Shown here: positions 41,201 to 56,371 of the stretch, one piece after another
Position numbering within the stretch: the stretch's first letter is position 1
Layout of the letters: each line of letters opens with the position of its first letter
NCBI RefSeq assembly: GCF_009914755.1
Contig: NC_060937.1
Origin: the human T2T-CHM13v2.0 reference genome, Homo sapiens
Length of the DNA: 64,000 bases
Strand: one strand, 5' to 3'
Translations under genes and position numbers: made by a program
The notes under the pieces: model-generated
Database searches by the model: none
The model's input: the letters and a program-made list of their open reading frames with translations, nothing else
What the model was told of the DNA's origin: nothing

Positions 41201-41846
41201 GTTATATATCTAAATGTAACAGTTTTAAATACAGAATTCTTGCACACCAGTGGTTGTCTCATATTTATCATTTTATCCTTAGGTCAAAGCCTATTGCTTT
41301 ACAGTAGAAGGTTTTGAATATATTTATTCCTCATAGATAAATACACTATTAATTGTTTCTTCTGAAATATATTAATCTCCACTATTGGGGCAATAAAGTA
41401 TCTTGGAGAGTTTCTATTCTGGTTAGAAATCCTAATGTCTTATCTTCTGTCCACATACAGATTTATTAAACACAAAATGAATTATTTGGCTTCAGCTTCA
41501 TTGTAGTTGATCCATTATTTCCTTTCAAACAGATTAAGCATAAGAATTAGTATTATGATAACACAGAGGCAGAACTGTATCAGCCAGGTCATCCACCATT
41601 TAAATATTAAACTTTTCATGGTGACAACTCAACTTTGGTATTGTCTAAAATTATAAAGATTAGAATTCCCCCTTTAAACTCTATTGTCAGTAGAAACATA
41701 TTAAAAATATGTGCTTACACATACATGTAAAAAAGCGTTTGTAGAATCGACCCTTTTTATTTAAAAAAGTATTTGTGTGTGCTTACTGTATGTCATGAAT
41801 TCCTCGGTTTGTGAAGATAAGAGCAATATGACTGCGTGTTACTGGA

Positions 41847-42306
41847 TGTCAAAGGATGAATTATGGCCTTCAAAGATTCTTCTACACCATAATTCCTGGA
41901 ACCTGTGAATATGTGGTAAAAGAGTGAATATTAGCTTATGTTTCAAAGGAGATATTTAAGTTAAAGATTTTGAAAGAAGGAGTTTGTCCTGGTTTATACA
42001 GGTGGATCCTAAACGCAATGAGTGAGGCAGATGGAGGCTTGACTGACAGAACAGGAAAAGTTTGTATAGAGATGGGAGCAGAGAATGAAGTGATGAAGCC
42101 ACAAACCAAGGAATGCTAACAGCCACCAGAATCTGGAAGAAGTAAGAAATGGAACTCTCTCAAAGATTTTAGAGGGTGTGCTTCCCTGCTGACAACTAGA
42201 TTTCAGACTTCCGGCTTTGAGAACTGGGAGAGAAAATCTAAAATCTGTTGTTTTAAGCTACCAAGTTTGCAGTAATTTCTTGCTGTAGGCATAGGAAACT
42301 AATACA
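41847..42306 (+). mobile_element. MLT1C/D LTR
   Basis: cctggaacctgtgaatatgt, gccacaaaccaaggaatg, terminal ataggaaactaataca. Confidence 0.85.
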
Positions 42307-42682
42307 CCAGGTAAGCAAAAGGTCTTACAAGAGTATACAGAAATAACCCTGAATTCAGTACTGGGGTTCATTTTAGGCTTCATGATGGAGGTGACATTTA
42401 AGCTACTGTGAGATTTCTATATTATTCTGATCTGTGTCTCTTTCTTGATAACAATGTATTAGCTTTATTGGAGCTAAAAAATAAGTATTCAGAAATATGT
42501 CAGTATCATTGTAATATTATAATTCCCGAGCTTCAGAAAACCAAAGAATTACCAGAAAATTTCCAAAAAATAAAGAATTCTAGAATCTACCCTGTGATGG
42601 TTAATACCCTCTGGAGAATCATGACTAATACATACCCAGACCTACATTTGAAACTCACTGAAACTGAGGTTCTGTGATTTAC

Positions 42683-42972
42683 ATTTTTTAAGAGACAGTC
42701 TTGCTCTGTCACCCAGGCTGGAGTGCAGTGGCATAATCAAGACTCACTTTAACCTTGAATTCCTGGACTCAAGTGATCCTCCTGCCTCAGCCTCCCAAGT
42801 AGCAAGGACTACAGTTGCATGTTACCACTCCTGGTTAATTTTTTAAAATTTTTGTAAAGGTGAGTTCTTGCTATGTTACTCAGGTTAGACTTGAACTGCT
42901 GGTCTCAAGTCATCCTCCTGCCTCAGCCTCACAGAGCACTGAGATTATAGAAAGGAACCACCATGCCCAGCC
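42683..42972 (-). mobile_element. AluJo/Jr-like
   Basis: ctcaagtgatcctcctgcctcagcc, ttgctatgtt; TSD tgtgattta. Confidence 0.92.
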
Positions 42973-44252
42973 TTGTGATTTATTTCTGATAAGGAAATAT
43001 CAGAGATATATCTTAAGAAGGCACATAGTCTCAGGTCTTTGTACAATTGCTTGGTACAGTGCTCCTTAGCTTGAACTAGCATGGACTGTAACTCAGATCC
43101 TGAGCTCTGGAGTACCTTCTTTGACATTGTTTAAGCACCTCTGGTGGACTGGGACTGATTGGGCTTTTAGTGCCATCTTGGTTGGCTTCACTCAGCCCAG
43201 AGTGGGACCTGAGTGTGCTCTTTAAGGTGCTCTCTGAGGTGTTTCTTCTCTTTTAGGTGCTCTTCTATTCTCTATTGGCCCAATATGATGATACAGGTTA
43301 TACTTAGTACACTGTCAGCACTCTGGGTCACCAAAGTCCAATCACTAATCTTTAGCTTGAGCCACATTTGTGACTCCCCATATGGGCTCTAACATACCCA
43401 TGTTCTAACCCTGGTGCCACTTCTGGTACAGCTCCCTAGAATTACAGTGGTTGCAACAGGTACCCCTTAACTTATGCACCTGCTGCTTCTGATCCCCAAA
43501 GGCAATCTCTTCACCATCTTCACAGGCTTTAGCCACATGTCAGATGGTCCTTTTGGGTTGCTGTGATTCTGTATATCAAGGAATATTTATCTGTCCTCCG
43601 GCACAGGCTTAAGACATACAAAGAAGAGCAAATCCATTAGAGTTAAGAGAGGTCATCCCCATTGCTATACAGTTGCTCTTTTTATTGTTCCCAATGCCAT
43701 ACCTCTGCAGTCTCCTTTGGGGGCCACGTTTTAGGAATGCAGAGTACACATCCTGAAAATTTTGGGAGAAGACTTGATTGGAAGATGTAGTGTTCTGCCT
43801 TTATGCTATAAAATTCTCATAGGCAAATTTAACAAAAAGAATGAATTTTATATTATTTAACATACCCTGGGTAAGACTTGCATTATTGATCATCATCAAA
43901 GAAGCACACTCAAAAACTTGTGAGAAAGTTATCGGAAACAAATAATCACTGCACAGTGGACTGCACTCCGTGTCGTTAAAAGCATTTAAAAATGCCATTA
44001 CAGGTTGCATTGGTTATTTTTAAGACCTGTATTGGTTTAATTCACACAGATTTCAAAAAAATGGGGATGTGATCAATAATTTATTAATTTTGTCTTCTGG
44101 GAAATATGAAATTAACCAGGATTAGTCCATTTATCAATAAAAGACAGAATGAAATATTTCCTGGATCTAAACAGAAAGATATGGGGCCCAGACCCTGCAG
44201 AAAATCTTCACATGCACTAATTAGACATTAAGATAAAAGGTATGTAAATACT

Positions 44253-44782
44253 TGTGTTAATTTTATGTGTCAACGTAACTAGTTTAAGGGATACCCAGAT
44301 AGCTGATAAAACTTACTTTCTAGGTGAGTCTGTCAAAGTGTTTCCAGAAGAGATTAGCATTTGAAACAGTACACTGTGTAAAAATCCTGTCCTTATTAAT
44401 ATGGGTGGGCATTATCCATTCTACTGAGGGCCTGCATAGAACAAAAAGGTGGAAGAAGGATGAATTATCTCTCTCTTTTGGAGCTGGGACATTCATCTTT
44501 TCCTGCCTTTAGATATCAGGTTCTCAAGCCTTTGGACTCAGACTGAATTAAACCACCAGCATTCCTATGTCTCCAGCTGGTGTATAATTTATCATGAGAC
44601 TTCTTGGTCTCTATAAGTGGTTAAGTCAATCCCTATAATAAATACTTTCTTATCTGTCTGTCTGTCTGTCTATCTATCTCTTATTGCATTATTGCAATTA
44701 TATCAAATATTTAGAATAAAGTGTTATTGTATTACTCAGAACAAAAAAGATATATATATAAATATTTGTTCTGACTAATGCA
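44253..44782 (+). mobile_element. MLT2D-like LTR (ERVL); rearranged 3' end with terminal motif repeated near 44803-44819
   Basis: gttaattttatgtgtcaac, ccagaagagattagcatttgaa, agaacaaaaaggtggaagaagg, ctgactaat. Confidence 0.85.
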
Positions 44783-44924
44783 GTACCTCTCTATATAGAT
44801 ACTTGTTCTGACTAATACGGTAAAACTTTATTCTAAATCTGTGATAAATCCCTATATCTACCATAGATCCATTGGTTTTCTAATATATATGTTCATCAAC
44901 TATTTTTATATAGAAAGAATCCTA

Positions 44925-46966
44925 GTTTACTGAGAGTTTTTAGCATGAAGGGGTGTTGAATTTTATCGAAGGCGTTTTCTGCATCTATTGAGATAATCAT
45001 GTGATTTTTTTCATTGGTTCTGTTTATGTGATGGATTATGTTTATTGATTTGCATATGTTGTACCAGACTTGCATCCCAGGGAGGAAGCCAACTTGATCG
45101 TGGTGGATAAGCTTTTTGATGTGCTGCTGGATTTGGTGTGTCAGTATTTTATTGAGGATTTTCGCATCAATGTTCATCAGGGATATTGGCTTGAAATTTT
45201 CTTTTTTTTGTTGTGTCTCTGCCAGGTTTTGGTATCAGGATGATGCTGGTCTCATAAAATGAGTTAGGGAGCTCTCCCTCTTTTTCTATTATTTGGAATA
45301 GTTTCAGAAGGAATGGTACCAGCTCCTCTTTGTACCTTTGGTGGAATTTGGCTGTGAATCCGTCTGATCCTGGGCTTTTGTTTTGTTTTGTTTTGTTTTG
45401 TTTTGGTTGGTAGGCTATTAATTATTGCCTCAATTTCAGAACTTGTTATTGATCTATTCAGGGATTCGACTTCTTCCTGGTTTAGTTTTGGGAGGATGAA
45501 TGTGTCCAGGAATTTATCCATTTCTTCTAGATTTTCTAGTTTATTTACATAGAGATGTTTATAGTATTTTCTGATGGTAGTTTGTATTTCTGTGGGATCA
45601 GTGGTGGTCTCCCCTTTATCACTTTTTATTGTGTCTATTTGATTCTTCTCTGTTTTCTTCATTGTTAGCCTATTTTGTTAATCTTTTCAAAATATGAGCT
45701 CCTGGGCTCGATTTTTTGAAGGGTTTTTTGTGTCTCTATCTCCTTCAGTTCTGCTCTGATCATAGTTATTTCTTATCTTCTGCTAGCTTTTGAATTTGTT
45801 GGCTCTTGTTTCTCTAGTTCTTTTAATTGTGATGTTAGAGGGTCAATTTTAGATCTTTCCCGCTTTATCCTGTGAGTATTCAGTGTGATGAATTTCCCTC
45901 TAAACACTGCTTTAGCTGTGTCCCAGAGATTCTGGTAAATAGTGTTTTTGTTCTCATTGGTTTCAAAGAACTTATTTATTTCTGCCTTAATTTTGTTATT
46001 TACCCAGTAGTCATTCAGGAGCAGGTGGTTCAGTTTCCACGTAGTTGTGTGGTTTTGAGTGAGTTTCTTAATCCTGAGTTCTAATTTGATTGCACCGTGG
46101 TCTGAGAGACTGTTATGATTTCCGTTCTTTTGTATTTGCTGAAGAGTGTTTTACTTCCACTTATGTGGTCAATTTTAGAATACGTGCCACATGATACTGA
46201 GAAAAATGTATATTCTGTTGATTTCGGGTGGAGGGTTTTGTAGATGCCTATTGGGTCTTCTTGGTCCAAAGCTGAGTTCAAGTCCTGAATATCCTTGTTA
46301 ATTTTCTTTCTCATTGATCTGTCTAATATTGACAGTGTGGTGTTAAAGTCTCCCATTATTATTGTATGGGAGTCTAAGTCTCTTGTAGGTCTCTAAAAAC
46401 TTGTTTTATGAATCTGTGTGCCCCTGTATTGGGTGCATATATATTTAGGGTAGTTAGCTCTTCTTGTTGCATTGATCCCTTTATCATTATGTAATACACT
46501 TCATCGTCTTTTTTGATCTTTGTTGGTTTAAAGTCTGTTTTATCAGAGACTAGGATTGCAACCCTTGCTTCTTTTTTGCTTTCCATTTGCTTGGTAAATA
46601 TTCCTCCATCCCTTTATTTTGAGCCTATGTGTGTCTTTGCATGTGAGATGGGTTGCCTAAATACAGCAGACCGATGGGTCTTGACTCTTTATCCAATATG
46701 CCAGTCTGTGTCTTTTAACTGGGACATTCTGCTAGTTTACATTTAATGTTAATATTGTTATGTATGAATTTGATCCTGTCATTATGATGCTAGCTGGTTA
46801 TTTTGCCATTAGTTGATGAAGTTTCTTCATAACGTTGATGGTTTTTACAATTTGGTATGTTTTTGCAGTGGCTGGTCCCAGTTTTTCTTTTCCATATTTA
46901 GTGCTTTCTTCAGGAGCTCTTGTAAGGCAGGCCAAGTGGTGACAGAATCTCTCAGCATTTACTTGT
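44925..46966 (-). mobile_element. L1PA7/8-like inverted 5' segment (ORF1 end, EN, to early RT), disrupted
   Basis: [49 protein letters not shown] on minus strand. Confidence 0.95.
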
Positions 46967-49174
<2,208 letters not shown>

Positions 49175-49261
49175 GAAAGAATCCTATAAAAAATATTTGC
49201 TTTGAGCCCTTTCTGAGGCCAAAATGAGCAGCCTAAGTTTGGGAAAATTTGCCCTAATTCT

Positions 49262-49400
49262 ATGACCAGCTGCAAAATTAGCTGGGCCCAATATGAAAAT
49301 GCAGTGTTCTGTGTTAAATTATTATTAAGGATTTCAGGTTGGCAAAGGAGCAGAGCATTAATCCATATACTGGGCTTTTCTGAAGGCATAGGCCTCTGCA
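49262..49400 (-). mobile_element. MER91A-like
   Basis: gggcccaatatgaaaatgc, attattaaggatttcagg, agcagagcattaatcca (reverse of the 39767 element). Confidence 0.7.
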
Positions 49401-49458
49401 ATTTCCCTCCAAAAGGCAGGAAGCTGACTGTGGATATCACAATCATATAGAAATTTCT

Positions 49459-49460
<2 letters not shown>

Positions 49461-49539
<79 letters not shown>

Positions 49540-49545
49540 TACATA
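49461..49545. repeat. Compound (CT)n(AT)n(AC)n microsatellite
   Basis: Seen directly. Confidence 0.95.
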
Positions 49546-49647
49546 TATTGCTTTTTGCTCTTAGAATATTTCAGTTGTTAAATTTGAATCCCAAAATCTA
49601 TCTTTACTTAAATGTAATTTGTTAAAAGAATATATTGAAATATAATA
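49546..49647 (+). repeat. ~100 bp direct duplication of 50961-51068
   Basis: Copies differ by one T indel, one A/G and a 5 bp indel. Confidence 0.95.
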
Positions 49648-49929
49648 TATATATATATGGGGAGAGAGTGAGAGAGAGATAGAGTAAGAGAGAGAATTTT
49701 CTCACCCAACCAGCCACATGCTTGAAAATGACTAAAATGGTGACTTCCGGAAGTTGATTTGGCCATGTTCTTACCTGTAGACATTCTATCTAAATTTCAA
49801 GGTTCATTTAAAATGTTGCTAATGCCAGGATATCTTCACTGATTGACAGAATTGTGCAAAAGTTTCTGTGTTCTTTATACTTATATGATTATCTTATGCC
49901 ATGGAGCAGATTCTGTTTGTGAGATTTAA

Positions 49930-50560
49930 TTGAATAAGACATGGCACCTACCCTCAAATTTTTATTAACTTGGGGAGATAAGCACAGGTAAAAATATGTC
50001 AAATATATTAGAGAACAGTTAAATAGTTTTTTACAAGCTTACAATGCAGGAAGAGTTTAAAGGGGGAAATGATCAAAGTAACCAGGACTAATAAAAATAA
50101 CATTGAGCTGAATACTGAAGGTTAAAAAAGTAATTACTCAGAGACAGATCATCAAGAGAAGGTGAGAATCTTGAGAAAGAGAATAGAGGATTTAAGTAGA
50201 CATGCTAGAAAATAAACAGATATTGGAAAATTATTAGACTGTTAAGCAAGGGAATAACCTGACAATAATGTGATAAGAAGAATCATGTGACAGCAGAATT
50301 CAGTTGGAAGAAAGTGATTGGAGTAAGATGGAGGGTATGTAAAGGGGCAGATACAAAATTCTAGATGGGGAAGTGGTAAAGCTATGAATTTGATGGTTGG
50401 GAAAAATGACAGAAATGCATAGGTAAAGACAAAATCATCTGAATTTCCAGTAGCAAACATGGCAAGGCTTGGTAAAATTAAATATAAGGAAATGTTAAGA
50501 TGATTCAAAGATGAGACTGAGAGAACGATTGATGTAGTAAATCCATGAAGCAGTAAATGC
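49930..50560 (-). mobile_element. L2 fragments, very degraded
   Basis: gaataagacatggcacctaccctcaa, cattgagctgaatactgaagg motifs. Confidence 0.45.
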
Positions 50561-51609
50561 TTAGCTTCAGCGTAGCTCCACAGGTTCTCAAATTTTTCCA
50601 AACATAAAGAATGCTCGGTATTCCCTCAAATGCTCTTAAATGCAGGAGAATACTTTCCCAGTTATGCCATTCAGGGGATTAAATATTATTGACCATCTTA
50701 AAATTATGCATTTTAATATTGGTTTCATGAACTTGATTTTTAAGTCTAAATACCCGTAATTTTCAATTAAAACTAAAGTTTGTTACCCCAAAAGAGTACA
50801 TTGTTTTAAAGTGCCCAAGAAAGCATATTATGCATATTTTAAAGTTAAATATAAAGCAATAGGAATTGTAGTAATGTAACCTAATTGCACATAGGCTGAA
50901 TTATAAATATAAAAGAAAAGAAGATCAATGCAAACTAAGAGTAGTTTATGATTACGTGATTATTGCTTTTTTGCTCTTAGAATATTTCAGTTGTTAAATT
51001 TGAATCCCAAAATCTGTCTTTACTTAAATGTAATATTGATTGTTAAAAGAATATATTGAAATATAATACATAAGTGTGACAAAAAACTGTGTTTTATTAC
51101 ATTAGTTTCTTTTGAACAATTATATTCTAGTTAAAGTATATTGTTCACAGAAGGGCAAAAAAATATGTGTATGCTGTTCCTTGGCACATATCAAAAGATT
51201 CCACAATTTATTCAGGCCTCAGTGATATGTTTTGATGACTCTCTTTACGGTTCAGTCATAACATTTTTGTCAATCACAACTGCAATTACCCCATAAAAGG
51301 CCTAAAATATTTTTACATGTGCTAAATCCTGCCATTATGCTGATTTTAGAAAGTTTTAAGGATGAGAAATTTAAATACTATATTTAAATTGTATTCTTTA
51401 TAAAAGTGTTAAAAATTGAAACATAGAAGATGAAAATGCAAAACGAAATTAAAATATTAAATATTCAGGAAAGTGTTTTGAAAACTATTAGAGAATAGCA
51501 TTGTTACATGTAACTGTTTTAAGTAAAGGTCATTAGAAAGAGGTGTCCAGAAGGTTAACATAATGAGACTGATTTAGGCTATTGCAGCACTGGATTCCTA
51601 GGAAAGCCA

Positions 51610-51940
51610 TGACCAATGTGGAATGCTCTTACCATTTTAAATAAAGCTTCATGTGCCTTAAATGTGGGAACTCTCTTCAGGAGCATACTGCCTGGCTTCA
51701 GTTGTCATTGTATGGCAGAGGGAGAGAAGGGATTTCTGAGGGAGCCGGAGCCTAAACTATTTAGAGCTTTATAGAGTAAAGTCAACATCTTGGAATTGCA
51801 ATTTTAAGCAAATGGGTAGGCAGTGCAGACTGTGGAAAATTGGTATTATGCACTCCCTGTGGCTTGTATCATTTAGTTGCTGAGCCGCAGAATTTAGCCT
51901 AGGTAGAAGCTTCTGGGTGGTACTGAAGGCTGGGACTACG
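51610..51940 (-). mobile_element. Ancient L2-clade LINE ORF2 C-terminal relic (AmnL2/X-LINE-like)
   Basis: Minus translation TTQKL..LNSAAQ..RECIIPIFHSLHCLPI..QF/KMLTLLYKALNSLG matches the L2-clade motif NAAAR..HITP.L.SLHWLP..FK...YKALNGLG. Confidence 0.72.
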
Positions 51941-52984
51941 CTAAGGGAAATAAAACCGATGTTCATCCAAGCATACATTCAACCCAAACTTTCCAATCAT
52001 TTGTATGAATGCAATGTAAATGTTAACTCTAAAGGAAAAGCTCAACAATTATCATCAGAAAATGGAGAAGATGTTGGAAGTTAAAGGCCTCACCCTCAGT
52101 TTAATTCTGCTTTCACTAAATAATTCTTGTATAAGCAGATGTTAAGAATACAAATGCCAACATGTACATTTTGCTGCCAGTCAAGTATTGATTCTTCCTT
52201 GTGAAATAATCATAATTCTCATAGAGGTAGATAAGATGAAACTATTTGTAAACCACTTAGTTCATGTTTTCCACTTGGCATGTACATATTTCATCACTGG
52301 AAAAATCACATTCATTTATATAGTAATAGATACACAAAAAGCCCTAGGTAAAATAATACAATATTTGACATATTTTTAGCTATATGCTACTATTGGCTCA
52401 TTTTTCAATCTTAACATTGTCTATATTTTCTAAAAATTCTATACTCAAAGTATTCTTTCCAAACCAATGCATTCTATTAAACATACACACTTTCTTCCAC
52501 ATAGGGAATTACATGCAAGATATTAAATAAAAGCATTGTATTTTCCAAGGTTATTGATACTTTGAATACTTATAATTGGTTAGCGTTTTATTGATCAAGG
52601 AAAAGAGATTTCAGGGATCCAGCTATGTGATAATTTTATGACCATCCTTTGTGAAGAAACTGAATAGAATATTTAGTCAATTCTGCTTGTGTAACCCAAT
52701 TATTGGTGACCATTCTGATTCCTCCTTCCCACACATTGGAAAAAGGTTTCCAAATAATTTACTTTTGTACTTAGTGGACAATTAGAATAAAAATGGCATA
52801 AACATTTGATGTGGTCAGGCCAAACTGGAAAGCGATGGTAACAAGGATTCAGATAAAGTTATTTTCCTTCCACATGATTACTAAAAGAAAAAACAGTGCA
52901 AAGATAATACATAAGATCCAGTGTCAGTTCCCCACCTTAGTGGGTAGCTTTCTACTATGGCCCTTCTTCCTAATAGAAGAGCTC

Positions 52985-53290
<306 letters not shown>

Positions 53291-53739
53291 GAAAAGCTCC
53301 CAATCTTCTGTTGTTTTTGTATAGTGTACAGAGGCATATCAGGTTAGAGAAATCTAGAAACATGGGATTATTGCTAAGGAGGAGGAAGTGATCTTGCACA
53401 TCCATCCAACATATGCAGAGAAATAGGTCCAATGCCACTTAAATACTCCTTTTTGTATTTCATTTTCTGTCATCAAGTCTACTTATGATTTCGTGCAGTA
53501 AGAGCATCGCCTACCAAACCACAGGAAGAGGAAACTATAAAAAGTGCCACTATTTGTTCCTTTCTCTTGGAGGTCAATATCCCATCGTGGCAGAAATGTA
53601 GTAGTTAGTTTTATGAGTTTTTACTGTCGATATTTAATTCATTTTTTGTTTCATTCACTTGACTAACACTTTTATGGACACTGTTAAATACAAACTTAAG
53701 CTACTACTTTAATTAGTACTACTACTACAGTTACCAATG

Positions 53740-53990
53740 TAACTGCCATTATTTAATAATACTATCTCTAAGGCATTATTCTAAAGGCTTTACATTTATT
53801 ACTTTATTTGATTCTAATAACAATGGTATGAATAAGGGTTATTAATGTACCCATTTTACAGATGAATAGTTAATATTTAAGAGGCATGTAATATACCTGA
53901 AGACGCAAATGTTTAAAGTGGTAAAAATGAGATGTGACTTTGTATATCTATGTGATTCCTAAGTGAATAAGTTTTAATTCTACATGGTTC
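53740..53990 (-). mobile_element. MIR
   Basis: aggcattattctaa, cccattttacagatga core. Confidence 0.65.
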
Positions 53991-54036
53991 TATTCTTATT
54001 CATGAACAAATTACTCTTTGCTCTCAAAAAAATAAA

Positions 54037-54986
54037 TTTTTATTATACTTTAAGTTCTGGGGTACATGTGCAGAATGTGTAGATTTGTTACATAGGTATA
54101 CGCGTGACATGGTGGTTTGCTGTACCCATCAACCCATCACTTACATTACGTATTTCTCCTAATGCTACCCCTTCTCTAGCCCCCCATCCCCTGACAGGCC
54201 CCGGTGCGTGATGTTCCCCTCCCTGTGTCCATGTGTTCTCATTGTTCAACTCCCACTTATGAGGGAGAACATGGGGTGTTTGGTTTTGTGTTCCTGTGTT
54301 AGTTTTCTGACAATGATGGTTTCCAGCTTCATCCATGTCCCTGAAGAGGACATGAACTCATCCTTTTTTATGGCTGCATAGTATTCCATGGTGTATATGT
54401 GCCACATTTTCTTTATCCAGTCTATCATTGATGGGCATTTGGGTTGGTTCCAAGTCTTTGCTATTCTGAACAGTGCCACAATAAACATACCTGTGCATGT
54501 GTCTCTTTATAGTAGAATTATTTATAATCCTTTGGGTATATACCCAGTAATGGGATCGCTGGGTCAAATGGTATTTCTGTTTCTAGATCCTTGAGGAATT
54601 GCCACACTGTCTTCCATAATGGTTGAACTAATTTACACTCCCACCAACAATGAAAAAGCGTTGCTATTTCTTCACATCCTCTCCAGCATCTGTTGTTTCC
54701 TGACTTTTTAATGCTTGCCGTTCTAACTGACGTGAGATGGTATCTCATTGTGGTTTTAATTTGCATTTCTCTAATGACCAGTGATGATGAGCTTTTTTTC
54801 CATATGTTTGTTGGCAACATAAATGTCTTCTTTTGAGAAGTGTCAGTTCATATCCTTTGCCCACTTTTTGATGGAGTTTATTTTCTTGTAAATTTGTTTA
54901 AGTTATTTATAGATTCTGGATATTAGCCCTTTGTCAGATGGATAGATTGCAAAAATATTCTCCCATTCTGTAGGTCGCCTGTTCAC
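54037..54986 (-). mobile_element. L1PA7-like 3' ~950 bp
   Basis: ttattatactttaagttctgggg; [34 protein letters not shown] on minus strand. Confidence 0.95.
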
Positions 54987-54989
54987 CCT

Positions 54990-55407
54990 ACTTGGAACCA
55001 ACCCAAATGCCCATCAGTGATAGAATGGATAAAGAAAATGCGGCACATATACACCATGGAATACTATGCAGCCATAAAAAGTATGAGTTCATGTCCTCTG
55101 TAAGGACATGGATGAAGCCGGAAACCATCATTTTCAGCAAACTAACACAGAAACAGAAAACCAAACACAGCATGTTCTACCTCGTAAGTGGGAACTGAAC
55201 AATGAGAACGCACAGACACAGGAAGGGGAACATCACACACCAGGGACTGTCAGTAGGTGGGGGATTAGGGGAGGGATAGCATTAGGAAAATGCCTAATGT
55301 AGATATGGGCTGATGGGTGCAGCAAACCACCATGGCACCTGTATACCTATGTCACAAACCCACACATTCTGCACATGTATCCCACAAATTAAAGTATAAA
55401 AAAAAAA
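54990..55407 (+). mobile_element. L1PA7-like 3' ~410 bp with poly-A
   Basis: acttggaaccaacccaaatgccc...aaagtataaaaaaaaaa. Confidence 0.95.
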
Positions 55408-55429
55408 TTTAAAAACAGACAATAGAGGA

Positions 55430-55856
55430 TGACTCAGAAACAGGAGCCAAGACAAACAGTATGAGGGCATAATCTGTAGCGATACCTCACCTCCTGAGCT
55501 GTGGAACTTTTCTGCGTGCTCTTCACTGGATTTAATATTGTTAGGGGTCAGTGATGAGTATAGTTTTCTACACCCCCTTCCCCTTTGGAATGCAAGTGCC
55601 TATCTTGGTTCTAGTGTTGCCTGTGTCATCTCACCATTGTATATCAGATGTGTATGTGTGTTTGAAAGCAGATAACTTGTGTCTTTATATAACAGATGTG
55701 TAAATAAAAAGCATGACACTTAGAGGATCCTCATCTGCAACTGGCCTGATTCAGATGATGAGATTTTAAGCCTGCTGGCCTAAACAAATAAAACTTTGGG
55801 AATGAGATACTTGGCATAAATGAGGGTGTGAATTGTTAGGGCTCAAAGGGAAGACT
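55430..55856 (+). mobile_element. MLT1 internal region 3' end with polypurine tract
   Basis: caccattgtat, gcagataacttgt, aaagggaagac directly before the LTR. Confidence 0.55.
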
Positions 55857-56371
55857 ATGGTGACTAGTTTTCAAACATGGCCTCTCAATAAACCATATCT
55901 CCTGTATTAATGTCCTTAGGTAGTTCTCTTCAATATGAAACCTGTGCTGGTATATGACTTGTGTGAACTAGCAGTATGTGGCAGAAATGATGCTCTGCAA
56001 ATTTTGAGCTAGAACTTTAAGAAACCTGACATCTTTTTCTTATACGCTTTTGAAATGCTACGTAAAAAGTTCAACTATCTAATTGGAGAGGCCATGTGAA
56101 AAAGGAGAGTAGTGTAACTGCATTGAGAGAAGACTAACTCTCTAGTTTTCCAGCTGATTCCATGCATCCCAGTGTCCCAGCTGAGCCATATTCCTGCTGT
56201 ACTTCCCAAGCTTCCAGATGACTCCAGTGCCATCCAAGAAATGCTGAGCAAAAAACTGTGCAGCTGAATGTACTCAATCCACAGAATCAAGAGAAATGAT
56301 GAATAGTGTGCTGCTTTAAGGCGCTATGTTTTGGAGGTTTATTTTTTGTTTCATAGCAATCAAAATCGAAA
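55857..56371 (+). mobile_element. MLT1H-like LTR
   Basis: atgtggcagaaatgatgct, ggagaggccatgtg, ccacagaatcaagagaaat, catagcaat. Confidence 0.75.

Noticed and set aside
50242-50601. 119 aa hydrophobic minus-strand ORF
   Set aside because: Overlaps degraded L2; T-rich composition explains the hydrophobicity; no recognisable domain.
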